Below, piece by piece: positions 27,424-37,909 of a stretch of DNA of 64,000 nt. This DNA comes from Candidatus Tayloriibacteriota bacterium (GTDB lineage Bacteria > Patescibacteriota > Minisyncoccia > Phycocordibacterales > CAIRYW01). Where the stretch lies: assembly GCA_028286725.1 (NCBI GenBank), contig JAQBQZ010000007.1:7262-71261 (forward strand). The letters are read 5' to 3'. Positions within the stretch are counted from its first letter, which is position 1. Every line of letters starts with the position of its first letter. The position numbers were made by a program, and so were the translations under genes. The notes under the pieces are model-generated. The model saw only the letters and a list, made by a program, of their open reading frames with translations, made no database searches and had not been told where the DNA came from.

Positions 27424-29247
27424 ATGAATCCTGAAGATCCTAACAAAGTAGTCTATTTTGCTGAAACAGATGCGCGTAATCGCAAACTTCGTTTTGGTAT
27501 CAAAATAAAAGACCGATCTCGACATACCTACGTCATCGGTAAGACGGGAATGGGTAAATCAACTCTTCTTGAAAATCTTGCTGTCCAGGATATTCAAGAT
27601 GGACGAGGTCTCGCATTTCTCGATCCTCACGGCAAGACTGCGGACCTTCTGCTTGAATATGTTCCAGAAGAAAGAATGAAGGATGTGCTTTATTTTGCAC
27701 CTTTTGATCTCGACAATCCTATCTCATTCAATGTGCTCGAAGACGTGGGTGCAGACAAAAGACACTTGGTTGCCAACGGTCTCATGTCTGCTTTCAAAAA
27801 GATCTGGGTGGATGCATGGAGCGCCCGAATGGAATATATTTTAAATAATATTTTGCTTGCTCTTCTTGAATATCCAGACTCAACACTCATTGGTGTTAAC
27901 AGAATTTTGGCAGACGAAGACTATCGTAAAAAAGTGATCGAACATATTACTGATCCATCAGTGCGTTCTTTCTGGGTGGATGAGTTTGCAAAGTACGGAC
28001 CAAAATATATGCAGGAAGCAGGAGCCTCAATTCAAAACAAGATTGGTCAGTTTATTTCGAATCCTCTTATTCGAAACATTATCGGCCAGCCAAAATCAAC
28101 TTTTGATATTCGAGAAATGATGGATAACAAAAAGATTATTATCATGAACCTTTCAAAAGGTCTTGTAGGTGAAGCGAATGCCAACCTCTTGGGTGCGATG
28201 CTCATTACCAAGATCTATCTTGCTGCCATGAGTCGTGCGGATAAAAGAGAAGCAGAACTCGCAGAGCTTCCGAACTTCTATCTTTATGTAGATGAGTTTC
28301 AGAACTTTGCTAACGAATCGTTTGCAGATATTCTTTCTGAAGCGCGAAAATATAAACTGAACCTTACTGTTGCACATCAGTATATCGAGCAAATGACAGA
28401 AGAAGTGCGAGCTGCAGTGTTTGGAAACGTGGGAACAATGATCACTTTTCGAGTAGGCGCTTTTGATGCGGAATTTTTAGAAAAAGAATATGGACCGTTC
28501 TTTACGGCACAAGATCTAGTATCGCTCGGATTTGCTCAGATTTATTTAAAACTGATGATCGATGGTGTATCTTCAAGGCCGTTTTCTGCCATAACACTTG
28601 CACCTCTTGCAAAACCTGATCACAATCTTCGGGAAAAAATAATAGAATTATCTCGACAGACTTTCGCTCGTCGGCGAGTCGATGTTGAAAATGAGATCAA
28701 GGCTTGGCATGAAGAAGCTCAGGTTTCTACTTATGGGAATAACAATCGTAGCGGAGGTAATGGAGAGAGGTCTGCAAAAAGATCAGATCATGGAAACGGA
28801 AATGCAAGACCAAGTCCTATTGATCAAGCTCTTGCAGCAGTATTAGGTAAAGCACCAGCACCAAAGCCAGTACAACAAATATCACAATCAAATCCACAGT
28901 CAAATACTAGTGAGCAAAAAAGAGATCCTGCATATGATAGAGAACGAGATCTTCGTAAGGCGGTATCCTTAAGCTATTTGAGACAGACGAATCAAAAACC
29001 AAAGGAGAAAAAGCTTCCTTCAGAGGAGCATCTTGCGGATCTTCGAAGTGCACTGGCTGCTGTTGTGTCATCAGAGGCTCTTCCAGAAGCTCCAAAGGCT
29101 GAGCCTTCTCCGAGACCAATTCATCATGCATCACCAGTTCAAGAAAAAGCTCCAGAAAGAAAAGAGCCTACAAACCCTGAAGTAAAACAAGAAGAAAAAA
29201 GAGAGGTGCCTGAGGATATTTTGAAAAGAATTCTTGAAATTCAATAA
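27424..29247 (+). CDS. VirD4/TraD-like (HerA/FtsK superfamily) ATPase with disordered C-terminal tail
   Basis: DRSRHTYVIGKTGMGKS, DPHG, LYVDEFQNF, SEARKY.L.L..AHQ. Confidence 0.85.
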   Translation: MNPEDPNKVVYFAETDARNRKLRFGIKIKDRSRHTYVIGKTGMGKSTLLENLAVQDIQDGRGLAFLDPHGKTADLLLEYVPEERMKDVLYFAPFDLDNPISFNVLEDVGADKRHLVANGLMSAFKKIWVDAWSARMEYILNNILLALLEYPDSTLIGVNRILADEDYRKKVIEHITDPSVRSFWVDEFAKYGPKYMQEAGASIQNKIGQFISNPLIRNIIGQPKSTFDIREMMDNKKIIIMNLSKGLVGEANANLLGAMLITKIYLAAMSRADKREAELAELPNFYLYVDEFQNFANESFADILSEARKYKLNLTVAHQYIEQMTEEVRAAVFGNVGTMITFRVGAFDAEFLEKEYGPFFTAQDLVSLGFAQIYLKLMIDGVSSRPFSAITLAPLAKPDHNLREKIIELSRQTFARRRVDVENEIKAWHEEAQVSTYGNNNRSGGNGERSAKRSDHGNGNARPSPIDQALAAVLGKAPAPKPVQQISQSNPQSNTSEQKRDPAYDRERDLRKAVSLSYLRQTNQKPKEKKLPSEEHLADLRSALAAVVSSEALPEAPKAEPSPRPIHHASPVQEKAPERKEPTNPEVKQEEKREVPEDILKRILEIQ

Positions 29248-29379
29248 ATGTTACCACTTCTCATTCTTATAATTATTATTGGAGCCGTTGGTGCGGTGGC
29301 ATTTTTGAATATCAATAAAGGTACTAAAATAGAGGACAAAAACGATGCTGATGAATACGAAATTAGTGAAATTCATTAA
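29248..29379 (+). CDS. 43-aa single-TM small protein
   Basis: MLPLLILIIIIGAVGAVAFLNINKGTKIEDKNDADEYEISEIH; ATG directly follows the upstream stop. Confidence 0.6.
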   Translation: MLPLLILIIIIGAVGAVAFLNINKGTKIEDKNDADEYEISEIH

Positions 29380-29411
29380 TTTCAAATTAGATCATTTTGT
29401 GGCATAATCAG

Positions 29412-29601
29412 TAGAATCTATCTCAAAATTAACCGCATAAGTAATTATAAACCAATGCTTGAATATCTAAAGTCCAAAATTTCGGTAAAAAATGAAGTTT
29501 CGTCAGTCAACATAACACAGTTATGTCTCCTTCCTCATCCTTCATTTTTTCCTGCGAAATTTTGGTCTTTATCTTATTCATTAATTTTGAGATAGATTCT
29601 A
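29412..29601 (-). mobile_element. ~190-bp structured fold-back repeat, copy 2
   Basis: Perfect 21-bp terminal IR tagaatctatctcaaaattaa/ttaattttgagatagattcta; core shared with copies 1 and 3. Confidence 0.8.
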
Positions 29602-29603
29602 AA

Positions 29604-30827
29604 ATGCAACATAAGAAGCGAATACTTATATTTTCCCTTGTATATTACCCAAATTTTATAGGTGGTGCAGAAGTTGCAATCAAGGAAATTACTGATCGAC
29701 TAGGGCACGCCCAAGGGACTTTTGATACACAAAACTCCAGTGGGCAAGCTTTTGAGTTTGATATGGTAACACTTCATCTTGATTCACATCTCCCAAAGGT
29801 AGAGCGAATTGGCAACGTCACAATTCACCGTGTTGGTTGGACAAGTGATGAAAATGTGTCCGCAGATTCACTTCCAAAATCACTCCATTTAAATAAATAT
29901 GCGATGCTCCTAACAGCATTTTGGGAGGCGATGAGACTCCAGCATAAACACAAATACGATATTATTTGGAGTATGATGGCAACGTACAATTCCTTTGCGG
30001 CGCTCTTTTTCAAACTTTTGAATCCAAAAGTAAAATTCCTTCTGACACTTCAAGAAGGGGATCCAATTCCATTCATCAAACGCCGTGCACGACCTCTCTG
30101 GCCTCTTTTTAAGATGATATTTACTCGCGCAGACACTATTCAAGCTATTTCAAAATATCTTGCTGACTTCGGAATTGAAATGGGGGCGAAGTGTCCTGTG
30201 GTTGTGGTACCAAATGCGGTTGATATAAAACACTTTACACAAGAATATTCTGTCGAAGAGATAAATGAGATCAAAAAAAAGCTGAACAAAAAAGAAGGAG
30301 ACATATTTTTGATTACCACATCACGTCTTGTGACCAAAAACGCAGTAGAGGATATTGTTAAGGCAATGCCGTTACTTCCAGAAAATATCAAGCTCGTTAT
30401 TGCAGGAAGAGGATATTTGGAAGATTCAATCCGTAAGCTTTCGGTAATGCTTGGGGTAGAGAATCGAATTCAATTTTTGGGCTGGCTCACACACACTGAT
30501 ATGCCAAAGTATCTTAAAGCCTCAGATATATTCATTCGTGTACCGATTTCAGAAGGATTCGGTAATTCATTTGTTGAGGCGATGGCATGTGGACTTCCTT
30601 GTGTTACAACTCCTGTGGGTGGAATCTTGGATTTTCTTCGAGACCGTGAGACGGGAATATTTGCAGAAGTTCGTAATCCTGAAAGTGTAGCAAAAGCAGT
30701 GACGGAACTCGTCCGTAATCCAGAACTTGTGTCCCGGATAAAACGACAGTCTTTTGAAATGGTCAAAGAAAAATATGATTGGCCAATGATTGCAGATGAA
30801 ATGAAGAAGGTGTTTTTAAATATATAA
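29604..30827 (+). CDS. GT4 glycosyltransferase
   Basis: GGAE, SRL..KN, SEGFGNSFVEAMACG; start at MQHKK, upstream extension comes from the repeat element. Confidence 0.9.
   Translation: MQHKKRILIFSLVYYPNFIGGAEVAIKEITDRLGHAQGTFDTQNSSGQAFEFDMVTLHLDSHLPKVERIGNVTIHRVGWTSDENVSADSLPKSLHLNKYAMLLTAFWEAMRLQHKHKYDIIWSMMATYNSFAALFFKLLNPKVKFLLTLQEGDPIPFIKRRARPLWPLFKMIFTRADTIQAISKYLADFGIEMGAKCPVVVVPNAVDIKHFTQEYSVEEINEIKKKLNKKEGDIFLITTSRLVTKNAVEDIVKAMPLLPENIKLVIAGRGYLEDSIRKLSVMLGVENRIQFLGWLTHTDMPKYLKASDIFIRVPISEGFGNSFVEAMACGLPCVTTPVGGILDFLRDRETGIFAEVRNPESVAKAVTELVRNPELVSRIKRQSFEMVKEKYDWPMIADEMKKVFLNI
29705..29749. repeat. In-frame imperfect palindrome inside the GT4 gene
   Basis: gccca..gga.ttttg-ataca-caaaa.tcc..tgggc, encoding HAQGTFDTQNSSGQA. 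Confidence 0.5.
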
Positions 30828-30831
30828 ATAA

Positions 30832-31557
30832 ATGGATAATCACTCAGGAAAAATAAATTTTGATTTAAAGGAACGGGCAGAGGGGTCTATTAATGCTGCT
30901 AAGAACATTATTCTTGCCTCAATACCAGAAAATGAGATTGTTACAATCTGCGTAAAAGGGAGCTATGCGCAAGATGCTTTACAGGAAAAAAGTGATGTAG
31001 ATTTGGTATTAATTCTTAAAAACAATTCATCATTTCAAAAAGCATACTCATTAAGTGATCAGGGGAAGGAATTTGTTCCTCCTTTTTCAATTTCTGTATA
31101 TACCCAAGAGGAATTGAAAAGCGGCAAAGTTATAGAAAATCGATCAAGAGCACCATGGTCAATCAGTCGATTCAACAAAAATATTTCTGACATGCCGATT
31201 ATTTATGGGCAAATACCTGAGGGAGAATTTTTTATGAGAACAGATGAAAGGGATCTTTCAATTGATATCAGTACCGTGAAAGAAAAAGTTGTCCCTGAAT
31301 ACAGGTTAGGTAAATTGAGTTTTTATGAACTGTTAAAATGGGTGACCAGGCTTACGGAGTCAGAGCAAAGATTAAAAGGCTTTAGATCCTATCTATGGAA
31401 GAGAAATGCACTAAATACAAATGATCCAGGTCACATCATTCATGAGGCTTTACGACTGAGGGTATTGAGTGATGTTTCTGAAGAAGATAAAAAAAGTTTT
31501 TTGATAAGATTTGAGGAATATATTACACTACTTGAACAAGATATAAAAAATGAATAA
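30832..31557 (+). CDS. Pol-beta-type nucleotidyltransferase domain protein
   Basis: KGSYA....SDVDL motif. Confidence 0.65.
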   Translation: MDNHSGKINFDLKERAEGSINAAKNIILASIPENEIVTICVKGSYAQDALQEKSDVDLVLILKNNSSFQKAYSLSDQGKEFVPPFSISVYTQEELKSGKVIENRSRAPWSISRFNKNISDMPIIYGQIPEGEFFMRTDERDLSIDISTVKEKVVPEYRLGKLSFYELLKWVTRLTESEQRLKGFRSYLWKRNALNTNDPGHIIHEALRLRVLSDVSEEDKKSFLIRFEEYITLLEQDIKNE

Positions 31558-32893
31558 TTACAAAGAATATTTCAAAGATAAAAAAATCACTCAACTTGGA
31601 CTTGGACTTCTTGGTCGTGGGCTTGGGGACGCGATATTCCTTGCTGAATGCGGAGCAGAGCTTATTGTAACGGATCTCAAAACTGAAGAAGAGCTTAAGA
31701 CTTCAGTAGAAAAATTAAAAGGATATCCTAACATTACTCTTCATCTCGGGGGACATAATCTTGAAGATTTTAAAGCCCGAGATTTTATTTTAAAAGGAGC
31801 CGGGGTGCCGCTTGATTCAATATATATAGAAGAGGCTCGAAAGAATAATATTCCAATCGAAATGGATTCATCGCTCTTTTGCAAGCTTCTTCCAAAAGAA
31901 GTTATCACGATCGGTGTCACTGGCACTCGTGGCAAATCTACTGTGACACATCTCATTAATCATATTTTGAAAGGTGTTGGTAAAAAAACAATTCTCGGGG
32001 GGAATGTCCGTGATATGGCGACACTTCCTTTAATCAAAGATATTCAGCAAGGGGTCCGACCCCTTGCTGAGATTGTTGTGCTCGAACTCGATAGTTGGCA
32101 GCTTCAGGGATTTGGAGATGCAAAGATATCTCCTCGTATCGCAATCTTCACTGCATTTATGCATGACCACACCAACTACTACAAATCTACCCCAGAAATG
32201 TCTGGTCACGAGAGATATTTTGCCGACAAGTCAAATATTTATCTATATCAAAAAAGAGGGGATACTTTAGTTGCTGGAGAAACTATTTCGAATGTTATTG
32301 CTTCAAAACCTCATGGAGATGGAGAATTGACCATTGCACGTAGATCAGATGTTTCAGTAGATTGGAAACCAAAAATAATTGGAGAACATAATGTTTCAAA
32401 TATTGCTTGCGCGATTGAAGCTTGTAAGGCAATAGGGATTAGTATTGAAGATATCAAAAAAGGAGTAGAAAGTTTTCTAGGGGTAGAAGGGCGACTTCAG
32501 TTTGTAAAAGAAATAAATGGGGTGAAAATTTATAATGATAACAATGCTACAACTCCTGAAGCGACAATTGCTGCATTAAAATCTTTAGATACTAACATTG
32601 TATTGATTTGCGGTGGGTCAGATAAAGGTTTGGAATTAAATGGGCTTGTAGAGGAAATAAATAAAACCTGTAAATCTATTATTCTTTTGCCTGGATCTGG
32701 AAGTGATAAACTCACAATATTATCTACCAAAGTTCAAAACTTATCTGAGGCAGTTACTGAGGCTGTTAAAGTGGCAAAGTTTGGCGATACGATTCTCTTC
32801 AGTCCTGCATTTGCTTCATTTGGACTCTTCAAAAACGAATACGAAAGAAATGACGAATTTATGAAAATAATAAATGAAATAAAAAATGATTGA
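31550..32893 (+). CDS. murD: UDP-N-acetylmuramoyl-L-alanine--D-glutamate ligase
   Basis: GVTGTRGKSTV, GGNV, LELDSWQL, YNDNNATT, LFSPAFASF. Confidence 0.92.
   Translation: MNNYKEYFKDKKITQLGLGLLGRGLGDAIFLAECGAELIVTDLKTEEELKTSVEKLKGYPNITLHLGGHNLEDFKARDFILKGAGVPLDSIYIEEARKNNIPIEMDSSLFCKLLPKEVITIGVTGTRGKSTVTHLINHILKGVGKKTILGGNVRDMATLPLIKDIQQGVRPLAEIVVLELDSWQLQGFGDAKISPRIAIFTAFMHDHTNYYKSTPEMSGHERYFADKSNIYLYQKRGDTLVAGETISNVIASKPHGDGELTIARRSDVSVDWKPKIIGEHNVSNIACAIEACKAIGISIEDIKKGVESFLGVEGRLQFVKEINGVKIYNDNNATTPEATIAALKSLDTNIVLICGGSDKGLELNGLVEEINKTCKSIILLPGSGSDKLTILSTKVQNLSEAVTEAVKVAKFGDTILFSPAFASFGLFKNEYERNDEFMKIINEIKND
32044..32070. repeat. Perfect in-frame 27-bp palindrome inside murD (REP-like)
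   Basis: tcagcaaggggtc-c-gaccccttgctga. Confidence 0.7.
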
Positions 32894-33428
32894 AATAATA
32901 ATTGGAACATCGAGACCTGGAGCATACTCAAGAAAAGTGGGGACAATGGTTTTTGAAATATATAAAGCGTTAGGGATTGAAGTGGGACTTATTGATCTTA
33001 AAGATGTGCCGCTTGAAGCATTCTCGGGAGATTCTATAAATGCACGACCTCTCCCAATTCAAAGTTTTGCAGACCGAATCCTTAAGGCGGATGGAGTTCA
33101 TTTTGTTACTCCTGAATATAACGGAGGAGTTCCAGGAGTCTTGAAATTCTTTATTGATCTTTTGCCATTTCCAGAAGCATTTCAAAATAGATGCTTCGCT
33201 ATTACATCTGTCTCTGCTGGAATGTGGGCAGGTATTCGTGCAGCAGGACATCTCGAAGATGTTGTTACTTACAAAGAAGGGATTATTTTTAATCAAAAAG
33301 TAATGATTGGTGGCGTCGTAAGTCTCTTTGATGAAAAAGATAATTTCACGGGAGAAAAAGAAAAGGAAAGACTTGAAAAACAGATCAAAGGATTTGGGGA
33401 GTTTGTGAAGAAAATAAGGTCCATTTAA
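32886..33428 (+). CDS. NADPH-dependent FMN reductase
   Basis: GTSRPG..S, TPEYNGG.PG.LK..ID. Confidence 0.88.
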   Translation: MIEIIIGTSRPGAYSRKVGTMVFEIYKALGIEVGLIDLKDVPLEAFSGDSINARPLPIQSFADRILKADGVHFVTPEYNGGVPGVLKFFIDLLPFPEAFQNRCFAITSVSAGMWAGIRAAGHLEDVVTYKEGIIFNQKVMIGGVVSLFDEKDNFTGEKEKERLEKQIKGFGEFVKKIRSI

Positions 33429-33457
33429 GTCATTTTTTGTGGTATTATATTACTCAA

Positions 33458-34768
33458 ATGGATATAAGTAATATAAAAAAGGTTTACTTTCTCGGCATTG
33501 GGGGTATTGGAATGTCGGCTCTTGCTTTGCTTTTTATGCATGAAGGAAAAGATGTCTCTGGAAGTGATACGGGGTTTTCTAATCGTGACGGACTTGTGAA
33601 AGCAAGTGTTCCAACATTTGAAGGTTATCACGAATCTCATATCACACCGGACATCGATGCGGTGGTCTACACGCTCGCGACTCCAGAAGATAATATTGAA
33701 CTTATAAAAGCGCGAAAACTTGGACTTCCGGTTCTAAGCTATGCAGCAATGCTTGGCGAAGTTTCAAAGAGTAAGAAAACAATCGCCATCTGTGGAACTC
33801 ATGGGAAAACAACGACAACCGCAATGATTGCACATATGATGATCAAGCTGGGGCTTTCACCATCGGTAATAGTTGGTTCTCTTATGAAATACGAACATGA
33901 CGGAGTGGTGGAAAAAACAAACTTTATTCCAGGTACAAGCGAATATCTTGTTGCAGAATCTTGTGAGTACAAAAAATCTTTTTTGAATATCAATCCATCT
34001 GTTGTGTGTATTACAAATATCGATGCTGATCATCTCGACTTCTACGGAAATATTGAAAACATCATTGCATCGTTTAAAGAATTTATAGCAAAGCTGCCTC
34101 CAGATGGAGTGGTGATTGTGGATATGCTCGATCAAAATTCGATGAAAGCTGTTGAGGGTTGTAACAGAAAGGTGATTGATTCACGAGCATTCTTGGATAT
34201 GAGTCTAGGACTCAAAGTGCCTGGCCTTCATAACAAACAGAATGCTTCTGTGGCACTCGCTGTTTCTTCATACTTAGCTCTCAAACTAGATGACGCCAAA
34301 GAGGCTTTAAGGAGCTTTGGAGGTACTTGGAGACGATTTGAACACAAAGGTGCAACTAAGACTGGCGCACTCGTCTATGATGACTATGCGCATCATCCGC
34401 ACGAGATAATGGCGACCTTAAATGGAGCTCGAGAAGCTTTTCCTGATAAGAAGCTAACTGTTATTTTCGAACCACATCTTTATTCAAGAACAAAAGAACA
34501 TTTTGACGAATTTTCTGAAGTTCTCGCAAAATACGATACTGTATATTTGACTGATATATATGCTGCGAGAGAAAAATTTGACGGAAGTATTTCAAGCGGT
34601 CTCATGATTGAAACGATCAAGAAAAATAATCAAAATGCCTTTTATATCCCAGAATTCAAAGATATTGCAGAAAAAATAAATGAAACGACAAATCAAAACG
34701 ATGTTGTAATTACAATGGGGGCGGGAACAATAGGTGAACTCGCCGATCTGCTTGTTCACAATTCTTAA
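33458..34768 (+). CDS. murC: UDP-N-acetylmuramate--L-alanine ligase
   Basis: GIGGIGMSALA, GTHGKTTTT, DHLDFY, DDYAHHPHE, FEPHLYSRT. Confidence 0.95.
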   Translation: MDISNIKKVYFLGIGGIGMSALALLFMHEGKDVSGSDTGFSNRDGLVKASVPTFEGYHESHITPDIDAVVYTLATPEDNIELIKARKLGLPVLSYAAMLGEVSKSKKTIAICGTHGKTTTTAMIAHMMIKLGLSPSVIVGSLMKYEHDGVVEKTNFIPGTSEYLVAESCEYKKSFLNINPSVVCITNIDADHLDFYGNIENIIASFKEFIAKLPPDGVVIVDMLDQNSMKAVEGCNRKVIDSRAFLDMSLGLKVPGLHNKQNASVALAVSSYLALKLDDAKEALRSFGGTWRRFEHKGATKTGALVYDDYAHHPHEIMATLNGAREAFPDKKLTVIFEPHLYSRTKEHFDEFSEVLAKYDTVYLTDIYAAREKFDGSISSGLMIETIKKNNQNAFYIPEFKDIAEKINETTNQNDVVITMGAGTIGELADLLVHNS

Positions 34769-34778
34769 TTTCTAATAA

Positions 34779-35789
34779 ATGACCAAAAGCACAAATATTA
34801 AACATATCTTGATCGCTACTGGTATCTATCCTCCTCAAATCGGAGGTCCTGCTGAATATACAAAAAATATTGAAGAAGTGTGGAAGAATGAAGCTTACAA
34901 AGTAACTGTCAAATATTTTTCTTTCGAACACAAGCTTCCATCAGGACTTCGGCATATTTATTTTTTGATCAAGTCTTTTTATGCGGTAATGCGAGCGGAT
35001 TTCATTCTTGTTCTCGATACATTTAGTGTTGCGTTGCCTATAATGATCGCCTGCAAAATTTTAAACAAAAAATATATTGTTCGAACAGGTGGAGATTTTC
35101 TGTGGGAATCATTCGTTGAAAGAACAAGGAAAAAAGTTCTTTTCAAAGATTTCTACAATACTGAAACGAATAATTTTACTTCCAAAGAATATTTTATTTT
35201 CAAGGTAACAAAAAAAATACTTCTTAACGCTGATAAAATAATCTTTAGTACTGCTTGGCAAAGAGACATATGGCAGAATCCATATAACATCGATATTTCG
35301 AAGACTAAAATCGTCGAGAATTTTTATGGTGAGCATTCTTTGAATAATGCATTTGAATCAAAAACATTTATCGGCGCAACACGAAATCTTGTCTGGAAAA
35401 ATACTGACACTTTAAAATCTATCTTTGAAGATAAACAAATCGCAGAGACTGGTGTAAAGCTCGATCTTGATACTTCAAGTCATGAGGACTTTATAGCTCG
35501 CATACAGGCTTCGTATGCTGTTATATTGGTGTCGCTCGGAGATATAAGTCCAAATATGATAATGGATGCAATAAGACTAAATAAGCCATTTATTGTAACA
35601 AAGGAGATTGGTATCTATGCCCGGATACGCGATATTGGGATATTCGTAGATCCATTAAATAAGAAGGATATAAAAGAAAAAATATTATGGCTTCTGGAGG
35701 AGCAAAATTATAATGAGCAAATAGAGAAGATTCAGAATTTTACTTTCCGGCATTCATGGCAATTGTTAGCTAATGAGATTTTAAATTAG
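34779..35789 (+). CDS. GT4-like glycosyltransferase
   Basis: GIYPPQIGGPA N-terminal motif; degenerate C-terminal motif DISPNMIMDA. Confidence 0.75.
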   Translation: MTKSTNIKHILIATGIYPPQIGGPAEYTKNIEEVWKNEAYKVTVKYFSFEHKLPSGLRHIYFLIKSFYAVMRADFILVLDTFSVALPIMIACKILNKKYIVRTGGDFLWESFVERTRKKVLFKDFYNTETNNFTSKEYFIFKVTKKILLNADKIIFSTAWQRDIWQNPYNIDISKTKIVENFYGEHSLNNAFESKTFIGATRNLVWKNTDTLKSIFEDKQIAETGVKLDLDTSSHEDFIARIQASYAVILVSLGDISPNMIMDAIRLNKPFIVTKEIGIYARIRDIGIFVDPLNKKDIKEKILWLLEEQNYNEQIEKIQNFTFRHSWQLLANEILN

Positions 35790-36878
35790 ATGACAAAAAT
35801 AATAATGATTTCAAGAGACGTGAAAGCGCTTGATACATCGAGTGCGGTTTTCGAGCGTCTCAAAGAATACTCTAATCTTTTTGATGAACTGCTTGTTGTG
35901 GTGATGGGGCACAAATCAAACGGCAAATTTTATAGTAGAGATAAACTGACAATCTATAATGCAACAAGTCATTTTAAAATATTTTCTTTTTTTAAAGCTT
36001 TCCTACAGGCTCGTAAACTTGCTCAAAAAAACAAAGGAACTGAAGCTTGGATCACTTCCCAAGATCCATTTGAAAGCGGACTGTTGGCGTACTTTGTTTC
36101 AAAATTAAGCAATATTAAACTCCAGCTTCAATTTCACACCGACTGCTTTAATATTCTTTATATAAAACATAGTCTCAAAAATTATTTCCAGACACTCATT
36201 GCTCGATTCTTGCTCATAAGAGCGGACAACATTCGAGTTGTATCAGAGCGAATCAAAAGTTCGATTCTTTCAATGAACAATAAGCTGGCATCACGAATTT
36301 CTGTTTTACCTGTATGGACTGATATTGAAAAGATACAAACGAAACCTGTAGATACGCGATATGACTTAAAGAAAAAGTTCCCTGAGTTCAGCAAAATAAT
36401 ACTTATTGTGGCACGTCTTGAGAGTGAGAAGAATCTTGACCTTTCACTCCTTTCATTCAAAAAAGCTCTTCGATTCGATGAAAAGCTCGGGCTCGTGATT
36501 GCAGGAAATGGACGAAAAGAGAAGTGGCTTAAAAGCCTTGTTAAATCTTTAAATATTGAAACTAATGTGAAATTTCTAGGTTGGGCGCCAGATGTCGCCT
36601 CGCTTTTCAAAACTTCGGATCTGCTTCTTGTTACTTCATTTTATGAAGGCTACGGACTTAATATGGTTGAGGCTGTTGCTTCAGGATGTGCTGTGGTAGC
36701 AACTCAAGTAGGTGTAGCAGAGAATGTGGAGGCAACTCTCGTACCTTACGATGCGGGGAAAATTGCGGTCGCTATTATTGATGTTTTAAAAGAAAATACA
36801 AAACCAAAAATTAATGCTCGATTCATTATCTCAAAACAAGAATATTTAAATCAATTCAAGAATACATTTAAAATATGA
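35790..36878 (+). CDS. GT4 glycosyltransferase
   Basis: ARLESEKN, YEGYGLNMVEA. Confidence 0.85.
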   Translation: MTKIIMISRDVKALDTSSAVFERLKEYSNLFDELLVVVMGHKSNGKFYSRDKLTIYNATSHFKIFSFFKAFLQARKLAQKNKGTEAWITSQDPFESGLLAYFVSKLSNIKLQLQFHTDCFNILYIKHSLKNYFQTLIARFLLIRADNIRVVSERIKSSILSMNNKLASRISVLPVWTDIEKIQTKPVDTRYDLKKKFPEFSKIILIVARLESEKNLDLSLLSFKKALRFDEKLGLVIAGNGRKEKWLKSLVKSLNIETNVKFLGWAPDVASLFKTSDLLLVTSFYEGYGLNMVEAVASGCAVVATQVGVAENVEATLVPYDAGKIAVAIIDVLKENTKPKINARFIISKQEYLNQFKNTFKI

Positions 36879-37909
36879 AACTTCTTATCATTACACAATC
36901 AATAGACAAGAAAAATACCGTACTCGGTTTTTTCCATTCATGGGTAGAGGAGTTTGCGAAGCGATTCGAAAAAATAACGGTCATCTGTCTTGAAAAAGGG
37001 GAATATGATTTGCCTCAGAATGTTAAAGTGTTGTCTTTAGGTAAAGAGATGGGCGAGTCAAAAATGAGGTATGTTTTGAATTTTTATAATTATATTTGGA
37101 ATGAAAGGAAGAATTACGATACTGTATTTGTTCATATGAATCAGGAATACGTACTCCTCGGTTCTCTTCTGTGGAAATTGCTGGGGAAGAAGGTGACAAT
37201 GTGGCGGAATCATCATTCAGGTAATTTTTTGACAGATGTTGCCTGTCTTCTTTGTGACAAGATATTTTGTACTTCAAAATTCTCTTATACTGCAAAGTTT
37301 AAACAAACAGTTTTGATGCCTGTCGGAATTGATACCGATTATTTCAAGTTTGATGATAATGCCAAAAGGACCCCAAGATCTATTTTGTTTTTGGGACGAA
37401 TTGCTCCCATCAAAAAACCAGACGTACTTATCGAAGCTTTAAGACTTTTGAAAACGAAAGGAGTTCCGTTCAAAGCTTCTTTGTATGGAGACGCGCTTTC
37501 AAAAGATATGGATTATTATAATAGTTTAAAAAAGAGAGTAGGTGATTATGGTCTTAATGAATTTGTTTCATTCCATAAAGGAATTCCAAATACAGAGACT
37601 GCGCTTGTATATAGCAAACATGACGTATTTGTAAATCTTTCATCAAGCGGAATGTTTGATAAGACAATATTTGAGGCAATGGCATGTGGATGTGTTGTGC
37701 TTTGTACAAACAAGAATCTTCGGGATATTCTGCCAAAAAGCCAAATTGTAGATTTAAACCCAGAGAGGATTGCAGAGAGTATTCTTACTGTATATAATTT
37801 TTCTCCAGACAACAGATCAGAGACAGGGCGAATACAGGAAGGGCTCGTGAGAAAAAATAGTTTGAGAGAATTGGCGCAAAAACTTCAAAGTGAAATAACT
37901 TCAAAATAA
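36875..37909 (+). CDS. GT4 glycosyltransferase
   Basis: GRIAPIK, GMFDKTIFEAMACG. Confidence 0.85.
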   Translation: MKLLIITQSIDKKNTVLGFFHSWVEEFAKRFEKITVICLEKGEYDLPQNVKVLSLGKEMGESKMRYVLNFYNYIWNERKNYDTVFVHMNQEYVLLGSLLWKLLGKKVTMWRNHHSGNFLTDVACLLCDKIFCTSKFSYTAKFKQTVLMPVGIDTDYFKFDDNAKRTPRSILFLGRIAPIKKPDVLIEALRLLKTKGVPFKASLYGDALSKDMDYYNSLKKRVGDYGLNEFVSFHKGIPNTETALVYSKHDVFVNLSSSGMFDKTIFEAMACGCVVLCTNKNLRDILPKSQIVDLNPERIAESILTVYNFSPDNRSETGRIQEGLVRKNSLRELAQKLQSEITSK

